From Octopus vulgaris (lineage: Eukaryota), in assembly GCA_951406725.2 (NCBI GenBank), contig OX597814.1, positions 211,544,001-211,608,000 on the forward strand: a DNA stretch of 64,000 nt, read 5' to 3'. The first letter of the stretch is position 1. Each line of letters opens with the position of its first letter. A program made the position numbers and the translations under genes. Shown here in pieces: positions 27,090 to 40,839 of the stretch. The notes beneath the pieces were generated by a model. That model made no database searches, was not told the DNA's origin, and saw nothing but the letters and a program-made list of their open reading frames with translations.

Positions 27090-28600
27090 CAAATAAAGTA
27101 TATATAACTGTTAAAAGAAATGTTCATATTTCCTTTTTATAAAGGAGGAAACAGAGCAGATGCTAAACATTACATGTCTATCACTCTCACTTCATATGCG
27201 AGCAAGGTCACGCAACGCATTTTCAAAAGGAGGCTGATAACGTCCCAGGAAGAAAATTAGTTACTCATTAACATACACCATGTTTTCCGTCCGGAGAGAA
27301 GCTGTCTCACACAGCTACTGTAGCGTCGTGACTGGGTACTGAAATGGCAGCTCAAGCACTCAAATCTGGATATGATATATTTTGACTTTGCTAAGGCCTT
27401 TGACAATGCTGATCATGAGATGATACGTCACACACTGCATGACCTTGATATCTGTGGAGAACTGGAGAACACTGGCATGACATTTTAAAGCACAGATGTG
27501 AGACAGTTGTAGACAATGATGTTCTATCTCTTTTTCTCTCTTCCCCAACATCTCTCTCTCTCTCTCTGGGGAAACATTAATCTGCACCGGAATCTCCCAA
27601 GAAACTATTCTGGTACAACTGCTGTTTGGGGTGTCTCTTTCAGACAACTCCTTATCCATAGAGTCAGCTATTCTCACCAGTTACGCTGATGATAGAAGAG
27701 TATCACAAGCGATCAAAGACCTTGATGACATACTAAATCTGTACTTCTGCGAAATGACCAGCATATAATATACAAATGGGCGGTTGAAAATAACATGCAT
27801 TCTACTGCTGAGAAGTTTCACGCACTCTACTATCGACCAACAAAAAGACTGCAGTTTGAATGCGAAGGACCAGTGTGTAGTGAATGCCAGGTTCACAGTC
27901 TGCGCATGACCTGGGAAACCACATGAGTAATAATGTAGCACTCTATATGCATATTGCCAAGAGTGCAACAATGTGCAAGCGAGTAGCTGGAAGGATTCTA
28001 AGATCATTCAGAGCCAAAGAAAATGATATGCTACTCCTATAGAGAATTTTCGCGCTCAGTCTTTTGGATTACTGTTAACAAATATAGTTAACTCAAAGTG
28101 TCATGCGGTAGACCAAACTTGAGACAATCTTGCGCCACTAAACAAAGAAGATCGACTCGTTGAAGTAGATGAAGCAACTGGACGATGCAAAAGGAACCGA
28201 AGCTCGACTCCCTAGAGAACGGGCGTGAAAGATTTGCTGTGATATATATATGGAAGATCTAGGAAGATCCAGCTTCCAACTTTGTATTTGGAAGCTATAT
28301 CATCCAAGATGGATGATAGATAATACTGAGGAACTAGATGATACTGCATAATACCTATGATCCTGTTTAGTATTTCGAACCAGCAACCAGTAAGCTAAAA
28401 GCTAGTAACGAGAAAGTAATGAGCATCCAGCCAAATTACGTCATGGGTTGCAAGATATACATGTGGAGGTCTTCAAAGAGAGTCTGGACCAATTTTTATT
28501 TGAAATATCAGAGGAACACACATCGCGGCAAGAGAAACAAAGAAGAGTGGCTTCTTCCAACTTGCTGCTTCACCAAACATATTAAAGAAAGGAAACTCAA
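27090..28600 (+). mobile_element. Old, degenerate CR1-group LINE RT region
   Basis: YMSITLTSH, YFDFAKAFDNADH, GISQETILV, SYADD (~27679-27693), tgctgtgatatatatatggaagatc; colinear with the 17096 family but much more diverged. Confidence 0.8.
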
Positions 28601-28854
28601 ACACATTGAATCAAGTGGAAAAGGAAACATATATATTATATAAATATATACATAGATAGAGAGAGAGAGAGGTTATGAGAGGTAATGGTATCAATAAGAC
28701 CCAAATGAATTTACTCACAAGGTATTGGAATCTTCTGCCTAAATAATGGATCTACAATGCAATATCCCTGTATATCTCACATCTATTTTCATTCCTCCAC
28801 TTTCTATTTCGTATCTTATCTAAATTAACTATTGCTTAACCATTTTCTCACACC

Positions 28855-28902
28855 GTCTCCGATGAAGGGATATAATAAATATCCTGGAAACAGCTGTAAG
28901 GC
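28855..28902 (+). ncRNA. Type I hammerhead-like motif
   Basis: Stem I gtct/aggc; core CCGATGA (variant); stem II gggatat/atatcct; GAAAC-AGCT-GTA with palindrome ACAGCTGT. Confidence 0.6.
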
Positions 28903-29004
28903 CTTCTACTTATAAATGTTCTAAAATCTTCAAAGCCCTGTTTTTTTTTATCTCATTCTGAAAAAAATGTATACACACACACACGCACGCACACACACAC
29001 AAAT

Positions 29005-29043
<39 letters not shown>

Positions 29044-29075
29044 CATACCTACATACACACACACACACACACACG

Positions 29076-29108
<33 letters not shown>

Positions 29109-32100
29109 GCATATAATAAATATATATTTATATCTGTATACATATACACAAACATTTATATGTCTGGATGTGTCTCTTGATGTCTGAAATATATACAGGT
29201 CCGTGTTCGCACTAGACACGTTGGTGTGTTTCTGTTCTTTTACATTCAATATTCTTACTCTTTACTGTCTTTGGGATGAACAATCTTTCATGCATTCTCT
29301 ACTAATTAAGGATTTATGTTCCCTGACTATGAATCAACTATAATTGGAGATGTATTCCATAATTTGAGTTTGCTAAGTGATTGAATTTGTAAATGTTTTG
29401 GCTATTTTATTTGTGACTTCACATTTTTCACGTGTTAATGTCAAATTATATCAACCTTGAATTATTCTGTAAAAATAATATGATTCTATTTCACCGTTGT
29501 TCTTAGTTATACTAATTAATTATATGCTACTATATTAAAATTTATATGTTTATATTTTTTAGAATGCCATAATGTGCAGGTTGTCAATATTTATCCGGTA
29601 AATCTCTGTCATTTTTTATGATCAAGTTCTGCTGTGTTGGAATTTGTTTTTATATTTGAGAATACGGTTATTAGCAAAATTGTATTTTACATAGATATAT
29701 GGTGAAAGCAAGTTCCCATTGCTGTGAATATCTTTGGGTTTGACAAGATTTCTGGATCAGCCGAATCGTCACAGGCTCGGACCACATACATTGAGGTATT
29801 TTCTTTTATCTTTATCTTTCTGGAATGAAACCCCATCAAGATCTCTTTCCATTCCCTTCTCCACACACACACACCACACCCCCGTATCGATAAAATGATT
29901 TACTCAACAAGGACTGGGGTTGATGAAATTGACAAATATACTCTCCTAAAATTTGCTGCCGTTTCTGCATAGATTAGGTTCCCTATAACTGGGGGTCAAT
30001 GAACTGAGTATCTATGACATACTCGTGTACTTTGTATCGAATATACGATCTCTCAAATACGTGACATTTTTTCTGTTCCAGAAATTGATAGATTTAACCT
30101 GTTTTAATGATAGAGCATGGATTGTCCGATTATTTGTAATATTGTAATTCTTACAGTCAGTTTACATTCAGAGTTCAAATCTTAATCTGGATGAAATACT
30201 TCTTTCATAACCCCGTCATCGATAAATTTAAATCACCATTAGCTACATACATCCCTAAACCTTTTTGGTCCTTGTCAAGATAGAAAAATCAATATCTCTT
30301 TAATTGCCTCTAAATTTAACTTTCATCATATGTTTTTCATTAACTGTATTTCAACTAAAATTACACAGCTGGATATCTTTCTGGAGATTTCTCTTCAAAA
30401 TGGGATGTGATTTTCTTGTAAATGGATTTTAGAATGTGAAAGAAAGAAATATTTAATGGTGCACAATTATGTAAGCAACTTGAGTAATACCAGAGGCATA
30501 AATGCATGTGTATCATTCTATTCTTTTCTATTCACTTCTATTCACTAAACTTTGAAAACATGTACAATGGAAGTTAAATTAATTCGTTGCTATTTTAAGA
30601 CGGAGGAATATTTTAAGAATATCACAAGCAAACTATTATTTTGCATTATTACAATTTCATAGAACGTAAAATATTGTAATTTCAATGGAAAATAATTATT
30701 CCGGAAAAATTTCTTGAGTACTCTGGTTAATACCCGTAGTGATGTTATATATTATAAAAGAAACACGAGATGCTTCGTATGCAAAATAATAATGGTTTGG
30801 TTATAAGCAAAAGGTCACATATTTCAGAGAAACATGCTGTAGTATTTAAATGATATTACATCTACACACACTGGGAGGAAGTAATTTAACTTTTACCCCG
30901 TTGGAATTTGAAAACGAAGCTATGTAGTAAATCAAGAGATTTTGTAAAGCATATTGCTCATTCTACCAGATGGATGTGCTGTTACATCATACAATAAAAA
31001 CGAAGTTGTTTTGATATAAAGTATTCCTATTGGTTTTGAAATACAATGCGTGTCGAACATGTGTACTGCAATTTTTAGTGAATTTTCTTCATGCTCTCTG
31101 TGTATATATTTGGGGTTAAATTTAAATATATAGCCATGTCATATTTTCTTATTAATTACCAAAGACCCTTCAACTAAGGATCGGTTCTGCATTCTATCTT
31201 AGATTTTTTGCTGTCTTTCTTTCCATATCTTATATTCGCAGAGTTTGTCTTATTTTCATTTAAAGATTTATTGTAACCTGTGAAATTAATACATCAACAA
31301 GTCTACAATAGCATTCGCAATATTTAGGCGATTTACACTAATCTTGCCGTCTGTGTGAACTTGCATGTTCCACATTAAATTCCTTGACAGCATTTGTAGT
31401 TACAATATCTCACTGAAGAGGAAACCTGGCCATTGAAATAACAATTCACCTCTGCGGTACAGCGTTATTCTGATGCTAGTGCTGTATACTGGCGAATTTG
31501 TATTTATTTTAATAACAGTAATAAAACAATGAGTTTGAAAATCCTTGAATAACATGTGCTATAGTGATTGTATATTTGAAGCTTCTGGTGTGTTGCAAAA
31601 GTGAGTTAAGAATGATTTGAAAGAGCAGTTTTGTTCTGTATGATATAATTTCAAATAAGAAATCTTTTTGCGTTGAATTTTCTGATGTTTCAACAACTTT
31701 AGAGTTGGAAGTTTTTTGAGACATAGCTTATGTCAGATATGGTGCCAGCGTATCAAAATGGGAAGAACGTACGACAAATTTTCGTAGTCTAGGCGAAAGT
31801 TTTTAAAAAATCAGACGACGACCACAAATTTACTTTCAGATAACTGAGTAGGATGCATAGATATGAATACCAGGGCACATGTTAAATCTGGGAAAAGCAA
31901 CGAGATTTGTGTACCGATGGATTGAGGGACACTTTTGGCGTCAAATGTGCTTAACGTGTAAGAAAAATAAATTATTGTTTAGAACGTTCTGTTTCTTTGA
32001 GAGCACATCTATTAATCTTTTGTCGGTACTTCAGAATATTGTTTCGCAAATAAAATAATCGTTATGAATTGTTTTAGTCCTGCCACTTCCTCTCTTCTGA

Positions 32101-33654
32101 AATGCCAAGTATTGGCAAAGAAGACATACATTTTCTCACACCATTTTCATTGTAACCAATAATGTTTTCTTTAAGGAGATATCATGCCAATTTTCTACTA
32201 TACAAACCACCTTATTTTTGGACTAAGCCCTCGTATATTAAAAGACACTTGATCTCAAAAAATAATATTTATTGTTAACGTTTATTAAATAGTTCTATTT
32301 ATCAAATTTGATCCTAACTAATGCACGTCATGAGATATTTCCTTTGGCGTAAAACTTATCACCTAGTATTGCGGACAGGTATATTTGTGCATCACCTTAT
32401 GGCATATGTAACATCTTAAAGGGAGTATTATTTTCTGTTGCAAAAGATCCCTCTCCGCTGCGTCGGACAACAAATGTATTGTTTATTGTCTTATTTGGGA
32501 TATATACATTTAGGTTTTAAGGAAAATATCTAATATATCTAAAATACTCTTTTATAGTATTTCTTTCAATATTATTGGTTGCTAGGCGAGGAAGATAATG
32601 TTGAATACACTAAGATATGTGACCATTTGATAGATAGTGACATCCTCTGCCATTGAAGTAAAAAGATACAATCCGAGACATATAGAGCTGTTGTCAATAA
32701 AAGTGCTTCGTAGTTAGTGTAGAAGTCCTGGTCGAAGATCATCAAGAAAACTAGACCGAGATAACCCTCAGGTCCTACTCCCGATTAAAAATCAAATTTG
32801 CGTTTTGGCGAAGTTAACACGGCTCAGATGTCACACCCCTTTTGGCACAATCCACTCGACAGCCTTCTCAGGTGTACATAAACACGCAATGCTGTGCTCA
32901 CTGTAGCGCTAAGGGAAACAACGGTAACAGTAGCAACAATCACATTAAAGAACCAGTGGAAAGCACATACACATAATCACACAAACGCATACATACACAC
33001 TCATATACACACAGTGATACACGAACATACAAACACACCCACACACACAAACACCAAAGCACAGCAGAAGAGCAATGAGAGTTCGACAGGAGCACAGCAC
33101 AATCCATCATTCCGTTTATCACTAGACTCACATTTACCAAATCCTCGACACGAATGAGTCACATGCAAAACAGTTTGTTTTCTTTCAATGTTTCATTCTA
33201 TAATCGAATTCTCCTTAAATGACGAAGATAAGGCGGAGGTGAGAGGATCAAGGAAAAATACGATCACATGAAGACATACTGGCCAAAGACTGTCGCATTA
33301 AATTAAATATAAATAAACAGAATCGTCGAAGGGACGCCAAAACTGTCGACAAAAAGCTACTCAGCTCCACTAGTATCGCAACAATATTATCAACAATAAC
33401 ATCCCTGAATATGCATCTTCAGTATATAATCAACTCAGCTACTGCAAAACCTTATAAATGAAGAATGGCAACAGGAAGGAAATTTTTTAAATCACGTTAA
33501 AAAAAACGCAGAATTCTCATTTCTACAGTTCACCGAGAGATGAATGCTGAATTGATGAAGTATGTAAGGAAAAACAACATTAAACGCAAACATTTGGGTA
33601 GGCAGGCTGTCGACCAGCTGATCTCAAATAATTTCTAGGATAATAATAATAATT

Positions 33655-33810
33655 ATCCTTTGTATTATAGACACAAGGCCCGAAATTTTGGGAGAGGGCG
33701 GAGAAGTCGATTACAAGGAACCAAGTGTACAACTGCTGCTTATTTTATTCATTATTATTATTATTATCATTATTATTATTATTATTATCGACCCCAGCGT
33801 TCAACAAATG
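33655..33810 (-). mobile_element. Degenerate 3' fragment related to SINE family A
   Basis: agtcgattaca...caactg.t.cttattttat and atcgaccccag match the reverse complement of the family A centre; other relics at ~2875-2960 and ~30165-30245. Confidence 0.5.
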
Positions 33811-33840
33811 AAATGTCGTTAATATTTTGCCCGACTTGCT

Positions 33841-33857
33841 AAATAATAATAATAATG

Positions 33858-33920
<63 letters not shown>

Positions 33921-33937
33921 TTAATAATGATAATAAT
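33841..33937. repeat. (TAA)n microsatellite
   Basis: Direct reading. Confidence 0.95.
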
Positions 33938-35252
33938 TTAAAAACAACTAATCCCAGAATTAGATGTACTGAAAACAGGCACAGAAAAAGCTAAGAATAT
34001 GAAAACCCGTGCTAAAACTGCTGCCTTAGATATTCTGCTGAATGGCAAGAAAAATATCTCAGTGGCAAATACCCAAAGAGATCTAATAATGCCGATGTTA
34101 ACAAAACCCTTACTCATCAATGGTTATTGTCTTCTTCTTTAAAATCAGACAAGGTTTTGTCATAGCCGCACAAAATCAGTGTCTAACTACAATGAACTTC
34201 CGGACCAACATATTAAAGAAAGGCAGTTGCCCAACATGTGTATGTAAACAAAATGAAACCATCGATCATGTTATCTCCACGTGCAATCTTCTTGTGCCTA
34301 CACAGTATCTCAACAAGCATGACAGAGCACACAGTATATTCACTAAAACAGAGCAGCACAGTATATATTAAATGCGGTGAGCTGGCAGCAACTATAGCGC
34401 GCCAGATGAAATGCCTAGCGTTATTTCGTCTGTCTTTACGTTCTGAGTTCAAATTCCGCCGAGGTCGACTTTGCCTTTCAACCTTTCGGGGTCGATAATT
34501 TAAGTACCAGTTACGCACTGGGGTCGAGGTTATTGAGTTAATCTCTATGTCTGTCCTTGTTTGCCCCCTCTATATTTAGCCCCTTTGTGGGCAATAAAGA
34601 AATAAGTATATTCACTAAGTAATTTGCAAAAACTCTGACCTGCCCCATGAATAAATTTCGTGGGAACAAAAAACAACTCCAGTGCTTGAAATTGACTACA
34701 TCTCACTCATCTGGTGCTTCACCGTTAAAATTAACAGAAAGACAGATGCGAATGGGTCAGGCGTTATGGAACGACTTCTGACAAAAATCATGACTACTTA
34801 TCGACATGAATGTATCTCTCAACTCCTACCAAAGACTGAGCAAGGGTCTTGAAATAGAAATCGGCAAAATGTAGAACCTCAAGACTATAACCTATTGTTA
34901 TAGGTGCCCTAGGAATGATAGCAAAAGGGAGTGACCTGCCTAGCTGGTATCTACCTGGTATCTGAGCTACCTAGCTCAGACATCAGGAAATCTAAATACG
35001 GCAGAAATTCCAAAAATAGTGCTCATAGGAACTGCCCATATCCTACGTAAAATACTGTATATATAATTCCAAATTATAAAACAAACTTATTTATTTTTTG
35101 TTTCCTTAAACATTCTCTAGAAAAATAATTTGTGCAAAACGAAATATATGACACCTAGACATAACACCAACTTCAACTTCTAAAGTGTTATCTCTTGAGG
35201 TCTCTGGGTGAACCTTGGAATCAATTAGTACAAATAAAATGCGAAAGTTAAA
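33938..35252 (+). mobile_element. R4/Dong-type (RLE) non-LTR retrotransposon 3' remnant, interrupted by a SINE
   Basis: GFVIAAQNQCLTT..CPTCVCKQNETIDHVISTC..YLNKHDR (CCHC plus RHD), later PIVIGALGMI and QKIVLIGTAHILRKIL; bounded by TAA/TGA repeats. Confidence 0.85.
34373..34604 (+). mobile_element. tRNA-derived SINE, family A, with 14-bp TSD
   Basis: Aligns with 2621-2852; agtatattcactaa at 34333-34346 and 34605-34618. Confidence 0.88.
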
Positions 35253-35253
35253 C

Positions 35254-35367
35254 ATGATGATGATGCTGATGATGATGATAATGATGATGATGATGATGAT
35301 AAAGATGATGATGATGATGATGATAATAATAATAATAATAATATTGATAATGATAATGGTGATGATG

Positions 35368-35456
<89 letters not shown>

Positions 35457-35543
35457 TGATGATGATGATGATGATGATAATGATAATAGTAATAATAATA
35501 ATAATAATGATCATGATGATGATGATGATGATAATGATAATAA
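35254..35543. repeat. Compound (GAT)n/(AAT)n microsatellite
   Basis: Direct reading. Confidence 0.95.
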
Positions 35544-36065
35544 TTTGGTACGCCCACAAACCTGAAGGCATTGTCGAAAATAGAAATGCAAAGATCCTGT
35601 GGCATTTTATGACCAAGTGAGACCATGAGATAGAGAATAGGAAGCCGGATATATTCTTAATTGAGAAAGAAAACAAACTATGCTGGATCATAGACATAGC
35701 CTCCCCAACTGACAACAAGGTATGCGATAAGAAAGAAAGAAAAGTCGAGTGGTATGAGTTTATCTTCGGAAGTTAAGCAGTTGTCAATGAATAAGATAGC
35801 AGTAGTACCAATAATTGTCTGAGTCTTGGGAAAAGTGAGCAAAAAATCTCAAGAAGCACGTGGAAGAAATAGGGGCTGCAATAAGGGTGGGGCACTTGCA
35901 GAAAACAGCACTGCTTGGAAACGCTCGAATACTCCGGAAGTTGCTCGAAAATTTAGAGATGTTACCTTAGTTCACTGGTAGTGAACAGCTGAAACTGTAG
36001 TACATCTCCAGTATTAGAAGCTGTGCAAAAGCAATAATAATGATAATAATAATCATAATAATAAT
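35544..36065 (+). mobile_element. R4/Dong-type RLE domain remnant with (TAA)n tail
   Basis: WYAHKPEGIVENRNAKILW, HEIENRKPDIFLIEKENKLCWIIDIASP, VVPIIV, LQKTALLGNARILRKLLE; ends in (aat)n. Confidence 0.85.
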
Positions 36066-37500
36066 TTGTCACAATTCCTATTTGTTGTCTACAAACTGCC
36101 ATTAACTAGCATTTTAAGATGCGTGTGCAGTACATGCTAGGCAGGGTGAAGGTAAATAACCTGTGGTTTATGAATGACCTGAAGCTATTTGCTAAGTTTC
36201 AGTAAGAAATTGAGATTTTGAGGGCAAATGTGCAGATGATTATCAAATATATTGGCATGGAATTTTGGAATGAGAAATGCGGTATAATGATTCTCAAAAT
36301 GGGGAAAATTAGTAAAAGCCATGGAATCAAGCTGGAAAGTAACGTAAATATAAAGGAAGTCGGAGAAGAAGGATATAAGTACCTGGCTATCATTGAAAGT
36401 GATAAGATGAATGTAGACAAAATGAAAGAAATATACAGGAAAAGTAGTTGAGGAGAACCCGGCTTGTGCTCTAATCGAAGCTAAATGATCGCTATAACAT
36501 TAGAGCAATCAACACGTGGGTGGTTGCTTTGATGAGATATGGGGCAGGAATAGTGTCTTTGAAGAAGAAAGAATTACAAGATATAGACGGAGAACACGTA
36601 AATTAATGACATTAAACAAGGAACTACACCCCAAGAGTGATAAGTCAAGATTGTATGTAAAGCGGAAAGACGGAAGGCGGGGATTGGTGTGTTGTGAAGG
36701 ATACGTATGAGAAAAGGAGAACATCCTAGCTTGATATATCAAGTAAAGAATAAATGATTGAAGCAATGAAAATGCGGGGAACCTTAAAAGTGAACGAAAC
36801 CCTAGATTTAAGAAAGACGAGAGAGAGAGGACAGATGAAGAAAATTTAGCAGGACAAGAAAATGCACAGTCAGTTCTTGAAGAATAAAGATAATGGCCGC
36901 TAGAAAGGAGGTTTTAAAGGGTCCACAGGCATTAGTGAGCAACGCCCAAGAACAAGCTCTCAGAACTAAATGGTCCAAATTTGACAATGATAAAAACACT
37001 GGCTTGCCACAGTGTACGATGTGCTCTAAGAAGCGAGAAAGTATAAGCCACATGTTTAGTGAATGCTGTAAGCTCTCACAACGTGAATATAAAAGGATAC
37101 GCGACAATGTGGCCAGGTATTTCCACTGGTTGTTGTGTGATAAAGCAAACATCAGGAGAGCCGAACAATGGTATGAACACAAACCAGAGGGAGTAATGGA
37201 AAACGAACATTACAAATTACTCTGCGATTTTAACATACAGGGCGACCAAATCATAGAGGCGAAACTGCCAGATATCGTGATCTTCCATAAAGATGAAAAG
37301 ATGCAAAGATAAAAGATGCTGCAATACCAGGCTATTCGAGGGTGAAATGTAAGGAAACAAAAGAGTGAGAAATACCAGCTGCTGCTGGACGATATAGGAA
37401 AGTTATGGGGCATGAAGAACATCGGTGGATTGAGATAAAGGAACATGTGGGAAACTTGAAGGAAGAGGCTTTTTAAAGAAAATAATAACAAAAACGAAAT
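36066..37500 (+). mobile_element. R4/Dong-type RT C-terminus plus CCHC/RLE remnant
   Basis: NNLWFMNDLKLFA, IGMEFWNEKC, GYKYLAI, LHPKSDKSRLYVKRKDGRRGL, AQEQALRT, CTMC..ESISHMFSEC..YKRIRDNVA..HW, KLPDIVI. Confidence 0.88.
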
Positions 37501-37939
37501 TTTACTGCCGTACAAATTACAGCTTCTCCAATACACAATGTCTCAGTGAAGCATGTGCCAGAATCACATGCGAAATAAACATCGGAACGTTTGTAAAATA
37601 TAAAAGATAATTGGAACAAAACAGTAAGTGCGTAATTTGACTAATTACGCATACACTCCAATGTCTATTCAATTATATATATATTTCAATACCCATAGGG
37701 CTGCAAATACATCTCAATATTTACACAGCTACGTAAAATTTACAGGACATCACACACACACACGCATGAAAGCATATATCACAAAGGAAGCAAAAAATAA
37801 CAAAGCAATTTTATTTTTATTTTCAAACTAACACAAAGTGAACAATTGATAAGTTTAAAAACACCAACAACAAACTATGATACATCTGACAACAAAAACA
37901 AAATACTGATGAATACAGATCTCTTAGCCTTAAGAAGCT

Positions 37940-38830
37940 ACGTTATGTGCAATGCAAGAGTTACAACCATTCTAAAAGCGGGATATTATTGCAAAAAATC
38001 AGGATTAACACCATCGACTGCCTAGCTATATCTGTTATGACCTACAGCTTTATCATCATAAAATTGTCCATCAGTGAAATCAGTAAAATCGCTGCGAAAA
38101 TACGCATGCTCTTCCCAATATACCGTATACATCACCCAAAGTCAAAAGAAGATAGACCGTACTTCTAACGAAAGGATACAGAACATGGACTAAAACAGCT
38201 GCAAGTGTCGCTAAAAGCAGCAACTATAGGGGTAGATGCCCATCTTAAGTATGCCAATGACTGGAAAGTTAATCTTGTCTGCAAGTATGAAAGTCGCAGA
38301 AATATATTCAATTTCAAAAGAGGCAAAGAAGTGTGTAAATGAATTGAGGGTCAACAGATTTCAGGTACACTCAGAAGCAAGTGATAAAGGAACTACTATA
38401 TCAAAGCAGGTAAAAACACAAACCAAATTAAATGGAGTCCCAGTGGTACGAAGCACATGTAGAAGTAAGTTATTATATATCAATTACTCTACAAAGGCCA
38501 GTGATCTGCATGCTGATACAAAGATGACCCATCAATGGTTGACAGCATCTTGAATTAAGTCAGCAATAGGGAGCTTCGTTGTAGAAGCTAACGATCAATA
38601 TCCGCCAACCCGAGACTTCCAAGCAAACACTCTGAAAATTGGTGCAGGCAGTCATTGCCGTTTTGGCGATGCAGCCAGGGAAACAAGTTTCCTCTTGATC
38701 TCTGTTAGCCTCACATGAATACATTAGTCACTTGGCCACTATGTGCATTGGCCTCTATGCATTAAAGCTGCATTCCCGTATGGGAAGAGCTGTTGGAAAT
38801 ATAACCTAATCAAAATAGTAGATAGAAATT
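37940..38830 (+). mobile_element. R4/Dong-type remnant (post-RT region)
   Basis: INTIDCLAISVMTYSF, HHPKSKEDRPYF, DTKMTHQWL, GSFVVEANDQYPPTRDFQ, GHYVHWPLC. Confidence 0.7.
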
Positions 38831-38889
38831 TATGTCTTGATGCCAACTCACAACCTTAACTATGGAGGTCAATTATTACATACCTTGAT

Positions 38890-39720
38890 GTTACCAATAA
38901 AGCAGATATCTGAATCAATGCAACCCTTGCAGTTACACTGGCATCAATAAGAGACATGTTAGGTCTGTTGGTGACGGTACATAGGGCACGCACAACAATT
39001 CGGATTACAGTGTAGAAACGATCCATAATCGTATTTCTCTCGGCAAATCCTGGTATTTCCCAACTTTCTCCTGTTCTTTGACCGCTACATTAATGGTCGT
39101 AAATATAGCCTTCTCTTTGATGATGATGCTCTCTTCTGTTTTTTCCTTGTCCAGTACCATAATAACTGGTCATGAAGTTAGTGATCAGTCGGCACATTAA
39201 AATATCATAATACCTTATACAGGCCGTTCTCTGTTACACTCTCTGCTTGATGTCCGTAGCATCCTCTTCCTACTTCAAATTCCTCAATGCGGAATATGTT
39301 CCAGAAACGTGCATCAGCCACAGAGTCGTGCCTGTGTCTATATTCCTTCTGTTCCAAATGATACCACAAGATCTTATTGTGGGCATAATAGATTCCTCTT
39401 TCTCATTACAAGCTTCACTTTTGCAATTTTCGCTAACTTGCCTAGTTTGGTCTTAATGATATTCGTCCGCAATGTCTGTCGTTGAAAAGGGATTATGAGT
39501 CCTGTTTCTTTTTTAAGCTCTCCATTCGACAGCCATAATCAGGACTCCTTTACTGCGATGACCTATGTTTGGCTGAGAAGCTGACCGTGAAGGTCATTTC
39601 TTCCAGAGGTTTCTTTCTCGCACCAGTTTTATTCTTATCTGGTACTCGTTGCCGTCTCTACTGCTTCTTTCTCTCTCCTCTCCACCAGAAATCAGTCTTT
39701 CTGAGTTGCTTCTCACACTC
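38890..39720 (-). mobile_element. R4/Dong-type CCHC/RLE remnant, opposite strand
   Basis: Minus strand: LEQKEYRHRHDSVA, YGHQAESVTEN, KVL*YFNVPTDH, KEQEKVGKYQDLPREI, IVVRALCTV. Confidence 0.75.
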
Positions 39721-40210
39721 TTTTATGTTACACACTGTGAAGCATTCTAATATACCAAAGATAATCATTTTTATCAGGACAGTTGGAGATTTAGAAATTC
39801 ATTTATTATTAATATATTTACGATGAATGTAATTAATGAAGAGAAGGACAGCATGAACGAGAATGTCTAATATAATTTCCAGAACATAAATTGCTATGAA
39901 CTAGAATAATGTTATATATGTTGATGGAAGTTAACGTCATTCCCTTCTGAGAAAAAATTTGTGCATAATTCCAGTCCCGCCAATTGAAAATCGGATTATA
40001 AATATATCCATTTACTCTCACAATACTGTTAACTCCAGAGCTAAGTTGGTTAAATTGCACAGATTTTCAGCAAGGACATGAACAAGACTAAATTCGTTTT
40101 GAATTGTTGCAGCATGTCGTCAAAATTAGAGTGGCATGTCGCTTACTTAAGCTCCGTAATACTATGTTAAATGTACTATATATATGTGTGTGTGTATTTG
40201 TGTGTGTGTT

Positions 40211-40241
<31 letters not shown>

Positions 40242-40366
40242 GTGCTTTCAGTACGAATGCTGTTTTTTTATTACAGGCCCGTGATTTACAATCCTGTAAA
40301 TAATAATAATGGTATTTTTATATAAGCTTAAAGCTCATGGTGATCACATTACAATGACTAAGGAAA

Positions 40367-40503
40367 ATAGTCTAATAAAGGGGCATATAAGGCCCCCTAC
40401 AGAAAAAGAAGGCTTTCCTCTCCGCGTGGGTTCGTCTCCAACGAAGATAGGAAAGCGTTCTTCTTCTGTCGAGGGCTTCTTATATGACCCTTTATTAGAC
40501 TAT
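40367..40503. repeat. Short foldback (~54-bp imperfect inverted arms, ~30-nt loop)
   Basis: atagtctaataaaggggcatataag..ccct.acagaa.aagaa.gctttcct is mirrored at 40449-40503. Confidence 0.75.
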
Positions 40504-40839
40504 AGGCGCGTGGCTCAGTGGTTAGAGCGTCGAGCTTACGATCGTGAGGTTGTGAGCTCGAATCCCGGACCGGGCTGCGTGTTGTGTTCTTGAGCAGGAC
40601 ACTTTATTTCACGTTGCTCCAGTTCACTCAGGTGTAGAAATGAGTTGCGACGTCACAGGTGCCAAACTGTATCGGCCCTTGCCTTTCCCTTGGACAACAT
40701 CGGTGACGTGGAGAAGGGAGGCCGGTATGCATGGGCGACTGCTCTTCTTCCATAAAACAACCTTGCCCAGACTTGTGCCTCAGAGGGTAACTCTCTAGAT
40801 GCAAACCCATGGTCAGTGTCTGACCGCCGAAGGGGTCTT
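40504..40839 (+). mobile_element. tRNA-derived SINE, family B
   Basis: ggcgcgtggctcagtggttagagcgtcg...gagctcgaatcccgg; full alignment to 59575-59911. Confidence 0.9.

Noticed and set aside
29165-29230. TTGATGT...GACACGTT, a possible eroded hammerhead
   Set aside because: Too many core changes and no convincing stems.
31250-33630. Higher-complexity stretches that might be exons or old transposons
   Set aside because: No recognisable motif, sustained ORF or paired splice signals by eye.
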